A stretch of DNA of 64,000 bases, taken from positions 15,221 to 79,220 of IMG/VR virus record IMGVR_UViG_2724679654_000001; one strand, given 5' to 3'. The DNA is from a virus (Duplodnaviria; Caudoviricetes). Within the stretch, counting starts at the first letter, position 1. Each line of letters begins with the position of its first letter. Position numbers and translations under genes: made by a program. Of the stretch, positions 27,908-37,849 are shown piece by piece. The notes under the pieces were generated by a model. That model worked only from the letters and a program-made list of their open reading frames with translations. It did no database searches and was not told the origin of the DNA.

Positions 27908-29773
27908 ATGTCCGTTAATTTTGTTAGACAGCTTGGCTCTGAAGTTGGCGTGCAGCTTAACCCGCTGCGCGACAATTCAGAAATACCAGCCTCTGGAAAT
28001 GGAGATCAGGTATTTGCCATCATGATGCGTTCTCTACGCGGTCGAATCGACAAACCTTTCAAGGTGGATCGTGGAAACGTGAAAAGAAAGCTCGGTAATG
28101 GTGAGCAAATACGGTTATCGGCACTGAATGAAGCGTGGGTGCATGTGGTGGAGGCATTGAATAATGGCGCGTATGAAGCCGTTGTTCAACGCCTTGTTAC
28201 CAGTGATGCGGTGCTTAAATGGGCGGTAATAACAGCCGAGACCGATACACCAGCATTTGCCACTTCTCATACACCTGCTGTTTTAACGGCAACTGTCAAT
28301 GCCGGGGCTGTCAGTGCGGTGACCGTGGTCAGTGGCGGCAAGGATTACGCCGGTACTGAAACAATCACTGTCGGAGGTCCAGGTACCGGTGCGGTGCTTA
28401 CTCCGGTATTCACCGATGGGGTTATTACATCAGTAACGGTAACAACGCCTGGAACTGGATACACCACAGCCCCAGCATTGACGTGCTTGCCAACTGCAGC
28501 GGAGCCAGTGGGAACGTATCTGATCGCAGTTAAACATCTGGAATGCTTTAACGACGGCATTAAAGTAGAAATTCGCGCGGATGAAAAGAAATCCGGTGGA
28601 GTGGCGGTAGCAAACGCTATGCTTACTTTGCGCATCAAGGATAAAGATGGTTTATTGCTTTATGAATTTACCGGCTCATTAGATCCGCTTGCGAAAGATG
28701 ATTTTGGCGCGTCAGCTTATCTTCCTGATGTTGTAGCAGCAATCACCGATGTTGTTGTGGTGAATGTTGGTGTAATAGATGCCGGGGCAGATATTGAACC
28801 CACCTCGGATGCTTATGGTTATGACTCAGGTGGCAAGGAGAAATGGGCGAAATCAAGCGTTCTAACGTGTTTTATCGAGGGCAGTACAACATATTCAAAC
28901 GATGATTACGCGGCCGCGCGAATTAAGCTGAATGATACGGTTCACGATTACGCTTATATTGCTTCGGGTGGATCTCAGTCCGTGACATTGTTAAGTGAAT
29001 TGGCTCAATTGGCGTTTGATACTAACCGTCAACTGCGTTTCGATGTACCAGGAAATCTTGATGTGGATGCAGCTATCGCCTTCGTTGAGCAACTGAATAT
29101 GGGTGCCAGCCAAACATCACACTTGTTACACGCTTTCTGGACTCCGATCAAGTCAGTCGACCCTACTGGCATCAATCCCAAGGGATATTTTGGCGCGGCC
29201 ACGCTTAATATTGCTTATGCGTGCCTTCGTAACGCACAGAAAAACGCCAGGGGCTTCTCTCCTAAAAATTACCCAATAGCCGGGAAAGAATGGCCTGTTC
29301 GAAGAGTTGGTATGGCTCAGACTTATTTTCCAGGCAATCAGGAATTGAATGCTCTTGCGAAAGCCAAGATAAATCCAGTGTTATGGGAAATATTCTCAGG
29401 TGGCGGAAGCTTTGTGTTCAGGGACGAATTGACATCTGCTTTGGTGGATAACAGCTTGAAGAAATTGATCTCGGTAGCTGATATGTCAACCAGTATCGAT
29501 GATGCTGTTACCCGCTATGGCAAGGATGTTCTGTTGTTGCCGATGCAGGTGGCTATAAATCGAATGAATAGTTATCTCACCCTATTGTTTGAAGGTGCGG
29601 AAGCTTCCGGGTGGCTGGTTCCAAGCGATTCGCCAGATATGGGTGGCAATGCGTGGAAATTTGATGTTCGCCCTAATGCAATACGGCCATACGACAACAT
29701 GGATGTTTCGTACTGGCTGCGTTACGACGGGGTTGTTAGACAGATTTTTGTCACCCAAACATTGTCTCGGTAA
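27908..29773 (+). CDS. Contractile tail sheath protein
   Basis: 621 aa; ELNALAKAKINPV, C-terminal YDGVVRQIFV; inserted VTVxxGGxxY repeats. Confidence 0.8.
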   Translation: MSVNFVRQLGSEVGVQLNPLRDNSEIPASGNGDQVFAIMMRSLRGRIDKPFKVDRGNVKRKLGNGEQIRLSALNEAWVHVVEALNNGAYEAVVQRLVTSDAVLKWAVITAETDTPAFATSHTPAVLTATVNAGAVSAVTVVSGGKDYAGTETITVGGPGTGAVLTPVFTDGVITSVTVTTPGTGYTTAPALTCLPTAAEPVGTYLIAVKHLECFNDGIKVEIRADEKKSGGVAVANAMLTLRIKDKDGLLLYEFTGSLDPLAKDDFGASAYLPDVVAAITDVVVVNVGVIDAGADIEPTSDAYGYDSGGKEKWAKSSVLTCFIEGSTTYSNDDYAAARIKLNDTVHDYAYIASGGSQSVTLLSELAQLAFDTNRQLRFDVPGNLDVDAAIAFVEQLNMGASQTSHLLHAFWTPIKSVDPTGINPKGYFGAATLNIAYACLRNAQKNARGFSPKNYPIAGKEWPVRRVGMAQTYFPGNQELNALAKAKINPVLWEIFSGGGSFVFRDELTSALVDNSLKKLISVADMSTSIDDAVTRYGKDVLLLPMQVAINRMNSYLTLLFEGAEASGWLVPSDSPDMGGNAWKFDVRPNAIRPYDNMDVSYWLRYDGVVRQIFVTQTLSR

Positions 29774-29806
29774 TTTCTTGGTTATTTATTAAAAGAGGAT
29801 TAGAGC

Positions 29807-30505
29807 ATGAACTTAGCAAATAGAGGAATGAGTGAAGTATTGCGAGATGTGATGAAGAGCGGCGCGTCAAATAAGCCTGTTTTGGATTCTGCGGAAGATG
29901 CTGGAACTAATCTGGTAGGCGCAGATGACTTTACGCTGAAAGATATTAAATTATCTGTTGCCGCAGTCATACAGCAATGGGTGGAAACTGATGATCTTGA
30001 TGATGGTGAAACGTATGCGGATCGCTTGCTGGCATTAATGGTTGGAATCGCTGATGAAAATCATGATGGCGATATCACTGATGATGAGCAAGGCGTTCTG
30101 GATATGGCGCTCAATGCAGCATGGGACTATTTATCCAGTAAAGGCGCTTCAGATGAGGATCTTGACGTGCTACTAAATGATTGGGATGGAGATGTTGCTG
30201 ATCGCGTGCGTGATCTGGTGGCATCGGTATTGCCAGAGGGTGAAGATGAGTCGGATTCGGATATTGATGACTTCGCCTTTAGTGCTGGTGATCAGGAACC
30301 TGCTTTGGACGCGGCATACAAGATGAAAATGGCGATTCGCAAGGGTAAAAAAGTGCGTATCAGAAAGCGTGTTTCTGGAACTGTGCGATTGAGCGCAGCC
30401 CAAAAAGTTGGGCTTCGTAAAGCGCGCATGAAAAGTCATTCGGCAACTGCACGGATGCGCAGAGCCAAGTCAATGAGGATTCGCAGAAAATCCGGAATTA
30501 AGTAA
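29807..30505 (+). CDS. Prohead core-like protein (acidic body, very basic tail)
   Basis: D/E-rich, then RKARMKSHSATARMRRAKSMRIRRKSGIK, reminiscent of T4 gp68. Confidence 0.55.
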   Translation: MNLANRGMSEVLRDVMKSGASNKPVLDSAEDAGTNLVGADDFTLKDIKLSVAAVIQQWVETDDLDDGETYADRLLALMVGIADENHDGDITDDEQGVLDMALNAAWDYLSSKGASDEDLDVLLNDWDGDVADRVRDLVASVLPEGEDESDSDIDDFAFSAGDQEPALDAAYKMKMAIRKGKKVRIRKRVSGTVRLSAAQKVGLRKARMKSHSATARMRRAKSMRIRRKSGIK

Positions 30506-30532
30506 ATAACATTGATTCACTTGCAGCCACCG

Positions 30533-30573
30533 GGCGCTACCGTATCGATAAAAACGTTCGGTAGCGCCTTTTT
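30533..30573 (+). terminator. Rho-independent terminator
   Basis: GGCGCTACC...GGTAGCGCC followed by TTTTT. Confidence 0.7.
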
Positions 30574-30588
30574 ACATCTATATTTATT

Positions 30589-31395
30589 ATGAATAGAACA
30601 TCATCGCAGCCGCCCAGCCTGGAAGGGAATTCACTCTCATCGCTTTGGGATGGTCTCTCACCGCATTTGATAGCCAGCTTCTACGAGATCAAAAGAAGTG
30701 ACGAAGGCGTGTGGTCGAGAGCCAAAGCAGATCCCGTGGCCGTACTTGCCCCATTGTCTGAAGCCAGCATGGAGATATCATTGAGCTGGCAAAGCCCGTT
30801 TGAGCATGCCGGGCCTGAATCACGCGCGCCCACGTTGCTTGCAATGCTGCAATCGGGTGCATTGATGCCATTAATTGATGCCATTCTGAAAGGTGACGAT
30901 GCATCAAGCATGGCTTCCAAGGCGCAGCAGCGATCAAATGATTTTGTTCGTCAGTTTGAAGGCAGAACCGGCATTACCAAACTGAATTCCACACAGGTAT
31001 TCAATGGAATGCCGCCTGTTAAGTTCCAAATTACCGCTTTATTCCGGGCGTGGAGCGATCCTTTTGCTGAAGTAGAGGCACCATTTAACAAGTTAATGGA
31101 ATGGGCATTACCAGTAAAGCTTTCACCCGATGGTTCGGTATTGGCAAGATCCGCCCAGGCTGTCAAAGGCAATACTGGATTTATTGATGCGTTGGTGCCA
31201 TCTATCGCACCCACCACAGTCGCTATGAAGTACAAGAACCGCATCTATTCCCCGTTGGTTATTGAGGCCATAAATGACCCGATAGCATCACCGGTTGATA
31301 GAAATGGGCGATACGTTGAAAAGGCGGTAACGATGACACTGGCAACGCTTACGGCCATTGATCGGGATGATTGGGTTAAATACGGAAGTTTGTAA
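30589..31395 (+). CDS. Putative baseplate / tube-initiator protein
   Basis: WQSPFE, LNSTQVFNGMPP, PLVIEAI; tail-region synteny. Confidence 0.5.
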   Translation: MNRTSSQPPSLEGNSLSSLWDGLSPHLIASFYEIKRSDEGVWSRAKADPVAVLAPLSEASMEISLSWQSPFEHAGPESRAPTLLAMLQSGALMPLIDAILKGDDASSMASKAQQRSNDFVRQFEGRTGITKLNSTQVFNGMPPVKFQITALFRAWSDPFAEVEAPFNKLMEWALPVKLSPDGSVLARSAQAVKGNTGFIDALVPSIAPTTVAMKYKNRIYSPLVIEAINDPIASPVDRNGRYVEKAVTMTLATLTAIDRDDWVKYGSL

Positions 31396-31396
31396 T

Positions 31397-31540
31397 GGCT
31401 ATGTAACAATTGGTTGTTGAAAATGATTTGCAAAATAACACGATTTATTTTTAATCAACTGGTTATATGCTTTTATGGTTATCAGAAAATCATTTGTCAT
31501 CATTGAATTGAAAAATTCAACAGTTAACTGTTACATAGCC
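31397..31540. mobile_element. 144-bp MITE (IS1595-like ends)
   Basis: 25-bp terminal inverted repeats GGCTATGTAACA... (21/25 match) flanked by the 8-bp direct repeat TTTGTAAT (31389-31396, 31541-31548). Confidence 0.8.
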
Positions 31541-31624
31541 TTTGTAATTTTTAACTGCGAAATATTCCACAAATTATTCCAAATTGAACCTTGTATTTGA
31601 GTTTCTCTGTTAAAAAAGTAATAG

Positions 31625-31665
31625 CGGAAAATCCACCAAATTCCATCAGCGCAATTTAGCACAAT
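31625..31665 (+). promoter_or_regulatory. Late promoter motif (baseplate/lysis operon)
   Basis: CGGAAAA-N28-CACAAT. Confidence 0.65.
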
Positions 31666-31694
31666 CATGGCATGTAGTTCATGACCAAAGAGAG

Positions 31695-32483
31695 GTGTTG
31701 CTGGTGATTTATTTTCCTGTTCTCAGAATGCGGCGTTTGACGGTGCAACTACGAGAGCTATCAATTGGTGAATCGATAAAGATAGCATCAATTCCCGTGC
31801 ATTTGGAAGAAGCGGCTATTACCGCCATGCTTCGGTGTGTTGTCGAAAGCGTGAAGGGCAATGATATTGTCGAAGATCCCGCGCATTGGACAGTTCAGGA
31901 ACGCATTATGGCGGTATGCCACTACCTGGCATCCATTTCCGATGGCGAGCCGGATTTCGTTATTGGTATGGGTCGTTATTCAGATTATTTGGATGGCGGT
32001 AATGATGCCGGGGTAATTGAAAGCGATATCAATATCGGTGAAGTTGGTGGAGATATCTGGCATATAAGGCTCCTGACCGGCGCTATGGCAGAATCGATTG
32101 AGCGTCTGAACGGCGAAATTGATGGAGTAACTGGAAAGCTTCATTGGTTGTTGGGTGGAATGGCGGCGCAATTGACGATGGAAGGCGAAAATAGTCCAAG
32201 CCCGATAGATGGTGAGGGCAATTTTGATCAATTCCTTGTTGATCGGATGAAAGTCATGGCCGGTTATCCTGAGAGTGATTTTAATGCATTGCTTGGTCTG
32301 TATTTCTCCGGGCGCGAAAAACTACACCACTTATTCCACATAGAATTCGATAACAACGGAATTGTTTCACTACCAAAAGGAGGGGCGGCAAGCGATTTGC
32401 CACCCGCCCGATTTCCGGTTAGTGCCTGCCTCTCGCGCGTCGTGCTTAACCTGGTCAGAGTCACTCATGAGCCTGGCATCTAA
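31695..32483 (+). CDS. Putative baseplate hub / tail assembly chaperone
   Basis: WTVQERIMAVCHYLA; late operon position. Confidence 0.45.
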   Translation: MLLVIYFPVLRMRRLTVQLRELSIGESIKIASIPVHLEEAAITAMLRCVVESVKGNDIVEDPAHWTVQERIMAVCHYLASISDGEPDFVIGMGRYSDYLDGGNDAGVIESDINIGEVGGDIWHIRLLTGAMAESIERLNGEIDGVTGKLHWLLGGMAAQLTMEGENSPSPIDGEGNFDQFLVDRMKVMAGYPESDFNALLGLYFSGREKLHHLFHIEFDNNGIVSLPKGGAASDLPPARFPVSACLSRVVLNLVRVTHEPGI

Positions 32484-32691
32484 CATCAGTCTTTATTCTC
32501 ACACCTCTTTGCTTGACGCATTGAATCTGCCTGCAAGTGTTGCAAAAGATTTCTTTGATGGCAAACCGTTTGGAGATTGGAAGAAAGGCCGTGAAGCCGA
32601 AGCCAAAACACAATCGGCAATTGTCGGTCGCCTGAATTCAGTAATTCGGGCGATTGGCATCCTTGCCAAGATAGCAGCAGGGAGGAAATAG
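32467..32691 (+). CDS. Small tail-assembly-type protein
   Basis: ATG 32467 overlaps the upstream gene; 74 aa. Confidence 0.45.
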   Translation: MSLASNISLYSHTSLLDALNLPASVAKDFFDGKPFGDWKKGREAEAKTQSAIVGRLNSVIRAIGILAKIAAGRK

Positions 32692-32693
32692 AC

Positions 32694-33026
32694 ATGGAAA
32701 CACCGCAATGCCCGCACGCCATGCAGATAGGATCGTGTGAAGCCAGAATAACCGCTCTCGAGAAAGGCACTGGTGATCTTAAAAAATCCATTGCCGATCT
32801 TGAAAACTCTCTTGAAGCCAAGATCAATGAAGTGACATTAATGGCTCAAAATAACGCGGTAAAAATACTAGAAGAGAAGGCAAAGCAGTCTGGATTCATT
32901 AAGGGTATGCACATGACAGCAACGCTCATTGGCTACTCAATAATCATTGTTTCGCTGATTCTGGCTGGCAAGTTCACGGGCGCAATAGAGTCAGTCCTAA
33001 AGCTATTAAGTGGCAAGGGGTTATAA
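32694..33026 (+). CDS. Coiled-coil plus C-terminal TM protein (holin/antiholin-like)
   Basis: GGAGG RBS; directly upstream of the endolysin. Confidence 0.5.
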   Translation: METPQCPHAMQIGSCEARITALEKGTGDLKKSIADLENSLEAKINEVTLMAQNNAVKILEEKAKQSGFIKGMHMTATLIGYSIIIVSLILAGKFTGAIESVLKLLSGKGL

Positions 33027-33029
33027 AAC

Positions 33030-33494
33030 ATGGATCTGAACACCAAATTATCGCCACACTTTAAACTTAAAGAATTAATCCGTTCCGATAAGGCAATTAA
33101 GCTTGGTATTGACAATACTCCTCCTGCTGAGGTGATTAGCAGTCTTGCAAGGATATGCGTAAGTATCCTTGAGCCGGTTCAATCTCATTTCTTGGTTCCG
33201 TTTAGCGTAAATAGTGGTTACCGGTGTCCGGATCTTAACAAGGCTCTTGGCGGCAGCAAGAATTCTCAGCACATGCTTGGTCAGGCCGTGGATTTTGAGG
33301 TCCCTGGCATATCGAATTTTGACCTGGCTTATTGGATTTCAAAGAATCTTTTTTATGATCAACTGATTCTTGAGAACTACGAATCAGGCAAACCAAATTC
33401 CGGCTGGGTGCATGTGTCGCTCATCAGCGGAGTAAACAGGATGCAATTGCTAACCATCAAAGGAAGCTATAAGCGTCAAGGATTAATTGCTTAA
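33030..33494 (+). CDS. Endolysin, peptidase M15A family
   Basis: LSPHFKLKEL, SGYRCPDLNKALGGSKNSQHMLGQAVD, WVHVS. Confidence 0.9.
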   Translation: MDLNTKLSPHFKLKELIRSDKAIKLGIDNTPPAEVISSLARICVSILEPVQSHFLVPFSVNSGYRCPDLNKALGGSKNSQHMLGQAVDFEVPGISNFDLAYWISKNLFYDQLILENYESGKPNSGWVHVSLISGVNRMQLLTIKGSYKRQGLIA

Positions 33495-33509
33495 TTTAAC
33501 GGAGATACC

Positions 33510-34022
33510 ATGAAAAAAACATGCTTAGTAATTCTGGCTCTGGCTGTTGTTAGCTTTACTGTGGGGTGCCAGACAGTCTTGAACCAAACTGATGATTTAG
33601 CAAATGCCGCCATTGCAAATGAAATGGTAACAACTGGCCAAGTTGCCGAAACAATAAAGAGAATTGAATTGAACGAAACTGAATTGCTGACGGTTAATCA
33701 TGCCATTAATAACTATTCATCATTTGTTTCCAGGTGGAAAGAATCGATTACTGATCTTGACTCTACCGCGCCAATATTTAGTGAGTTTTTGGCTGATTAC
33801 TCCAGCTTGGTTAACCAGTACAAAGCTGTCGAATCAATTGTTCAGAAACGTTTTAATGTTTATTCGGAGCGCGACCAAGTGATATTGCAAGATTATCAGC
33901 GGAGAGCGCAAAAAATGAATGATTCAGTGGAGAATCTCATTGAGGCCGGGAATCGTTATCAGGCTTTATTGGACGCGCTATCTTTCGGTCGAATAATGAT
34001 TGGGTTGGCGCAGGCATTATGA
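33510..34022 (+). CDS. Lipoprotein in the lysis cassette
   Basis: Signal peptide ending FTVGC; helical. Confidence 0.6.
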   Translation: MKKTCLVILALAVVSFTVGCQTVLNQTDDLANAAIANEMVTTGQVAETIKRIELNETELLTVNHAINNYSSFVSRWKESITDLDSTAPIFSEFLADYSSLVNQYKAVESIVQKRFNVYSERDQVILQDYQRRAQKMNDSVENLIEAGNRYQALLDALSFGRIMIGLAQAL

Positions 34023-34333
34023 TCTATTTGGATAATTACATAGATACCTCAGAAGTCATCAGGATATCCATATTCGTCGCATCTGGCTTGCTTGGTATGT
34101 TCTATGCTTATTGTGGCAAATGGGCTGAATTGCATAATAACGTTGGCCTATTCGATTATATGTTCGGTAATCCGCAAGCAACAATGAAGGCTGTTTTAAA
34201 GCTCATAGCCATGTGCGTAGGAGCTGGCGGATTATCATATCTGGATACGTTGACAATGAATCAAATCATGATTGCCGGTGCCGGAATTGGGTTGCTGGTT
34301 CCGCAGTCCGTGGGGGAGAGTAAAAAATTATGA
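34019..34333 (+). CDS. Putative holin
   Basis: 104 aa with three hydrophobic segments. Confidence 0.5.
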   Translation: MIYLDNYIDTSEVIRISIFVASGLLGMFYAYCGKWAELHNNVGLFDYMFGNPQATMKAVLKLIAMCVGAGGLSYLDTLTMNQIMIAGAGIGLLVPQSVGESKKL

Positions 34334-34902
34334 TACAGAGATCAAATTCTTTAAGGTGGATCACTGGATTCAAATACAGAACCACGGAGCCCTATTGGCT
34401 GTTTACAAATTTCAGGCCAAAAAAAGCAATTCAGTTAAACCGAATTCACCTTACCAGAGAAGGTCTTTTGTTTATCGAGCCGGGATATTCATCCGATGGC
34501 CCGAGCGGACCAACGATAGATACACCTGATATCATGCCCGGCGCCACCGGCGCGCATGACCCCGGTTATGAATTGCTGCGTAATGGAATGATGAGCGTGG
34601 CTGTTGATATTGTGCAGCCAACCTTTCGCCCTGGTGAAGGTGTCATTTACAACACTCCGGAAGAAGATAGGGTGATTAAGAATGCAAGTCACGAACAAAT
34701 CAGGCACGAATTAGACAAGCTCCTTGCAGATTTGATGCTGCTTGATGGGCAAATTGTCAGCGGAAAATTCGATAAATATCCTCGTTTCAGGAAATTACTT
34801 GAGCGCCTGCTTGTATTCAGAGCGCAATACTTCTATGACGGATTGAGGGTGGGAGGCGTATCTTCTGCGGTTGTATGCCGAAAAGAATACGCAGCGCCTT
34901 GA
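34330..34902 (+). CDS. DUF1353-like protein
   Basis: GYSSDGPSGP...AHDPGYELLR. Confidence 0.6.
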   Translation: MIQRSNSLRWITGFKYRTTEPYWLFTNFRPKKAIQLNRIHLTREGLLFIEPGYSSDGPSGPTIDTPDIMPGATGAHDPGYELLRNGMMSVAVDIVQPTFRPGEGVIYNTPEEDRVIKNASHEQIRHELDKLLADLMLLDGQIVSGKFDKYPRFRKLLERLLVFRAQYFYDGLRVGGVSSAVVCRKEYAAP

Positions 34903-34953
34903 TACATCTATAAATCTGCAATTCCAATTCCCCCGAATTAGGGGGAATTAAAC

Positions 34954-34994
34954 CGGAAAAATAGCCGGTTCTCGCTATATTGATAAGGCAAAGT
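34954..34994 (+). promoter_or_regulatory. Late promoter motif (tail tube operon)
   Basis: CGGAAAA-N28-CAAAGT. Confidence 0.55.
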
Positions 34995-35039
34995 TCAGTT
35001 CATCAGATGATTCATTTAATGAACTACAGGGCCGCCATC

Positions 35040-35540
35040 ATGACCGTTTCCAATTCAGAATACCTAAAAGGTTTTTATAACGTTACCCAAGCGCTTGGTG
35101 CAAAGGTCGTTTCAAGTGATTTCACGTTTGAAATAGAAGGCTTCGAGCAAAACTACCTACTCTGCAAACAAGCGCCGTGGGCACAAGTATCGGTTGCTGG
35201 TGAGATAGAGATTCCTATGCCTCTTGGTTCTGCAGGATGGCAACCGCAGCAAGCAAAAGTTAATCATCAAGGGCAGATTGCTCTTGAGGAAACCGTGGCG
35301 GGAAGTATCGACAATATGCTGATCAATCTCATTACCCGTGGCGGGCAGTTTAACGCAAAAATTTACGAAGGAACGCCCCAGAGATTTTTGCGGGCAAAGC
35401 CCTATAGGAACTGTTTTATACAGTGCGATAACCCAGACAGAGATTGGGAGAACAGGTCACAGATATTGCTATTTACTGGAACACTGTTCTTTCACTACTT
35501 CGGCGAAGTAATTCCTGGTAATTCCGGTAATTACAGTTAG
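35040..35540 (+). CDS. Tail tube protein (P1 Tub-like)
   Basis: 166 aa; SSDFTFEIEG, FNAKIYEG, GTLFFHYFG. Confidence 0.6.
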   Translation: MTVSNSEYLKGFYNVTQALGAKVVSSDFTFEIEGFEQNYLLCKQAPWAQVSVAGEIEIPMPLGSAGWQPQQAKVNHQGQIALEETVAGSIDNMLINLITRGGQFNAKIYEGTPQRFLRAKPYRNCFIQCDNPDRDWENRSQILLFTGTLFFHYFGEVIPGNSGNYS

Positions 35541-35575
35541 TTTTTATTTAATCAACCATAGATAGGAGCATTAAT

Positions 35576-35938
35576 ATGAGCGGAAACGCGCCATCATTTC
35601 TGGGCTCGGCACTTGCTGTGCTGCCCGGAGAATCTGGAGACAAAGCAATCTCACAAGCGGGTGTTGAAAAATTCTTCATGGGCAAGGCATCGCCAAAGAT
35701 CGATGAAGGTTCGAATGCGGCAATGGGTACAGCTACGCTGGCGGCCGGTACCGTGACCGTAGCAAATACCAAGGTCAAGGCAAATAGCCGGATTTTTCTG
35801 ATGTCGCAGTCTGACGGCGGCACCCCCGGTTGGTTGCGAGTATCTGCCCGTGTTGCTGATACCAGCTTCACAATTTTATCAAGCAGCAATACCGATACCA
35901 GCGTTGTTGCGTACTTAATACTTGAACCAAACGCATAG
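35576..35938 (+). CDS. Small beta-rich structural protein
   Basis: AGGAG RBS; GTATLAAGTVTVANTKVKANSRIFL. Confidence 0.6.
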   Translation: MSGNAPSFLGSALAVLPGESGDKAISQAGVEKFFMGKASPKIDEGSNAAMGTATLAAGTVTVANTKVKANSRIFLMSQSDGGTPGWLRVSARVADTSFTILSSSNTDTSVVAYLILEPNA

Positions 35939-35952
35939 TTTGTTTTTAACAA

Positions 35953-36339
35953 ATGGCTACAATAAACGATCTAGTTAGCAAATTTCTTAACGATGAGCGT
36001 CCCATTGCCGTCATTTTAGATCCGGCCACCGTGCTTGCCCAGGCGGTAGCCGCAACCGAATTTTATGCTGGATATGCCAAGCTTGAGGCTAACGATTTGA
36101 TCGCGCCGCCATATCCAGATATCACAGACGCCACAACTATCAGCCTTTCTGAATGGGCTTTGATTAAACCTCTCTTTCTGCTCTATGTTGAGCGAGAAAC
36201 GGCTCCTCAATTGGAGGCTTCTCGTATGCTTGGGGTTGATGTGTTTGGCCGAGCAACCAGCGAAATACAGCAGGATATCAATCAAATGCTACTTGATATA
36301 CCGCAAAAGGCATTTCTGCAAGCCATCATAACAGTGTGA
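35953..36339 (+). CDS. Putative head-tail adaptor
   Basis: Helical 128 aa; EWALIKPLFLLYVERE. Confidence 0.5.
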   Translation: MATINDLVSKFLNDERPIAVILDPATVLAQAVAATEFYAGYAKLEANDLIAPPYPDITDATTISLSEWALIKPLFLLYVERETAPQLEASRMLGVDVFGRATSEIQQDINQMLLDIPQKAFLQAIITV

Positions 36340-36349
36340 TATTGCCCTT

Positions 36350-37258
36350 GTGATTCTATACCTCAATAGTGGCGAACAGATACGGGGCGACCTTATAAAA
36401 TCAGCCATAATTCGCTCAGATATGTCTCCCATTCCAGTCACGCTCGAAGCTGAGATCCGGGCTGACGAAGATATGGTTAAAAAATTGGCCGAAGGGGAAA
36501 TCATAACGGCTGGCGGAAGTTCTGTATCGTCAGGCGATACACTGCGCATTATCAAATCCACATTGGTGGAGAATAGGCTAGTGCAAGGCAGTCGTGAAAT
36601 GGATGTGATTCAGATCACTGCAATGCTTGATGCTTGCCATGGCATAGCTTTTGTGCGCAGCCGGGCGATTATCAAAGAAAACGCTGTTTTGTCGGCAATC
36701 TACCGCGCATCTGGCGCAACAATCAAAGCCGTTGATGCAGATTTCCCGGTACCACGTTTCTATTGCCCGGTAGGTGATACACCAAGCTTTCATATTGCCA
36801 GGGCATTGCAGGAAGAGGGCGGTATCGTTCGGTGGAAGGATGGCCGCTTGAAGTTCTTTCGCTTGCCCGATCTATTCAAGCAAGATCCTATCATTGAATT
36901 GCCAGAAAACGCATCGGATTATATTGATAGCGGATTCTTGGAGCGGCATGAAATACCGTGGTTTTTTTCACTGGACAATTCCGGTGGTTTTGTGTTCGGA
37001 GATCAAAGGAAACCAAGAAGTGTGCGTTACGCCCCGTTCAAGAATGCGCAGCGTTTACGCAATATGTCGCGGTGCCTGGTGCAGCGCAAGATATCAAAAA
37101 TAAACCTGTCTCCAGGTGTTGCGGCCGGTGATTTGATTAATTTTGCAGCGCGTGATCCGTTGTGCGTTGTAACGGCTGCGCACGCTTTTTTTAGTGGCAC
37201 CGATGGAAGTGGAAGCAATCAGTACAGCCGCTTATGGTTAGGCAGTTTGGAGGGATGA
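36350..37258 (+). CDS. Baseplate hub protein
   Basis: Directly upstream of the spike gene. Confidence 0.55.
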   Translation: MILYLNSGEQIRGDLIKSAIIRSDMSPIPVTLEAEIRADEDMVKKLAEGEIITAGGSSVSSGDTLRIIKSTLVENRLVQGSREMDVIQITAMLDACHGIAFVRSRAIIKENAVLSAIYRASGATIKAVDADFPVPRFYCPVGDTPSFHIARALQEEGGIVRWKDGRLKFFRLPDLFKQDPIIELPENASDYIDSGFLERHEIPWFFSLDNSGGFVFGDQRKPRSVRYAPFKNAQRLRNMSRCLVQRKISKINLSPGVAAGDLINFAARDPLCVVTAAHAFFSGTDGSGSNQYSRLWLGSLEG

Positions 37259-37262
37259 TGCG

Positions 37263-37769
37263 GTGAATGATTACGGGACCATGCCAGGGCGCTATCCAGG
37301 GATAGTTAAATCTTACGATAAAAACCGCAGAACATGCCGAATTGAGATACCTGGTTTAACGGACGGTGCTGATGTGCTACCAGAAGCAGAGATTGAATAC
37401 CCAATTGGCGAGAAATCCAGAACCGGAAGCCATGCAACCGAAATTGAAATACTTGCTGGCGATACGGTATGGATAGCATTCATCGGTGGAGATCCACGCT
37501 ACCCAATTATTACCGGATACCGAAACCCGCAATCCGGGAATTCAATCGATTGGCGGCGCTTTCACCACGCAAACATTGAAGTGACCGCAAACGGCACATT
37601 GAAACTGAATGCAGCCACGCTTGAGATTAACGCTGCCACCGTAACCATTAATGGAACCAATACGACCATCAATGGCAGTTCACTGAAACATAACAGCAAA
37701 AATATCGGTGACTCTCATCATCACGGGAATGTTACGCCAGGGTCAAGCAGTACCGGCGTGCCAGATTGA
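37263..37769 (+). CDS. Baseplate central spike (gpV/gp5-like)
   Basis: OB-fold GDTVWIAFIGGDPRYPII, beta-helix, C-terminal HHH...TGVP. Confidence 0.85.
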   Translation: MNDYGTMPGRYPGIVKSYDKNRRTCRIEIPGLTDGADVLPEAEIEYPIGEKSRTGSHATEIEILAGDTVWIAFIGGDPRYPIITGYRNPQSGNSIDWRRFHHANIEVTANGTLKLNAATLEINAATVTINGTNTTINGSSLKHNSKNIGDSHHHGNVTPGSSSTGVPD

Positions 37770-37772
37770 TAA

Positions 37773-37813
37773 CGTAAAAGCATCAATTTTCGGTGTTTTT
37801 GCTGGTGTATTCT
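37773..37813 (+). promoter_or_regulatory. Late promoter motif variant (hdf)
   Basis: CGTAAAA-N28-TATTCT. Confidence 0.55.
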
Positions 37814-37849
37814 GGGCATTACTTAGTAATCTAATTATGAGTTTAAAAC

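Noticed and set aside
32362-32483. Programmed frameshift joining 31695-32483 to 32467-32691 (tail chaperone style)
   Set aside because: No convincing slippery heptamer was found, and the second ORF has its own ATG.
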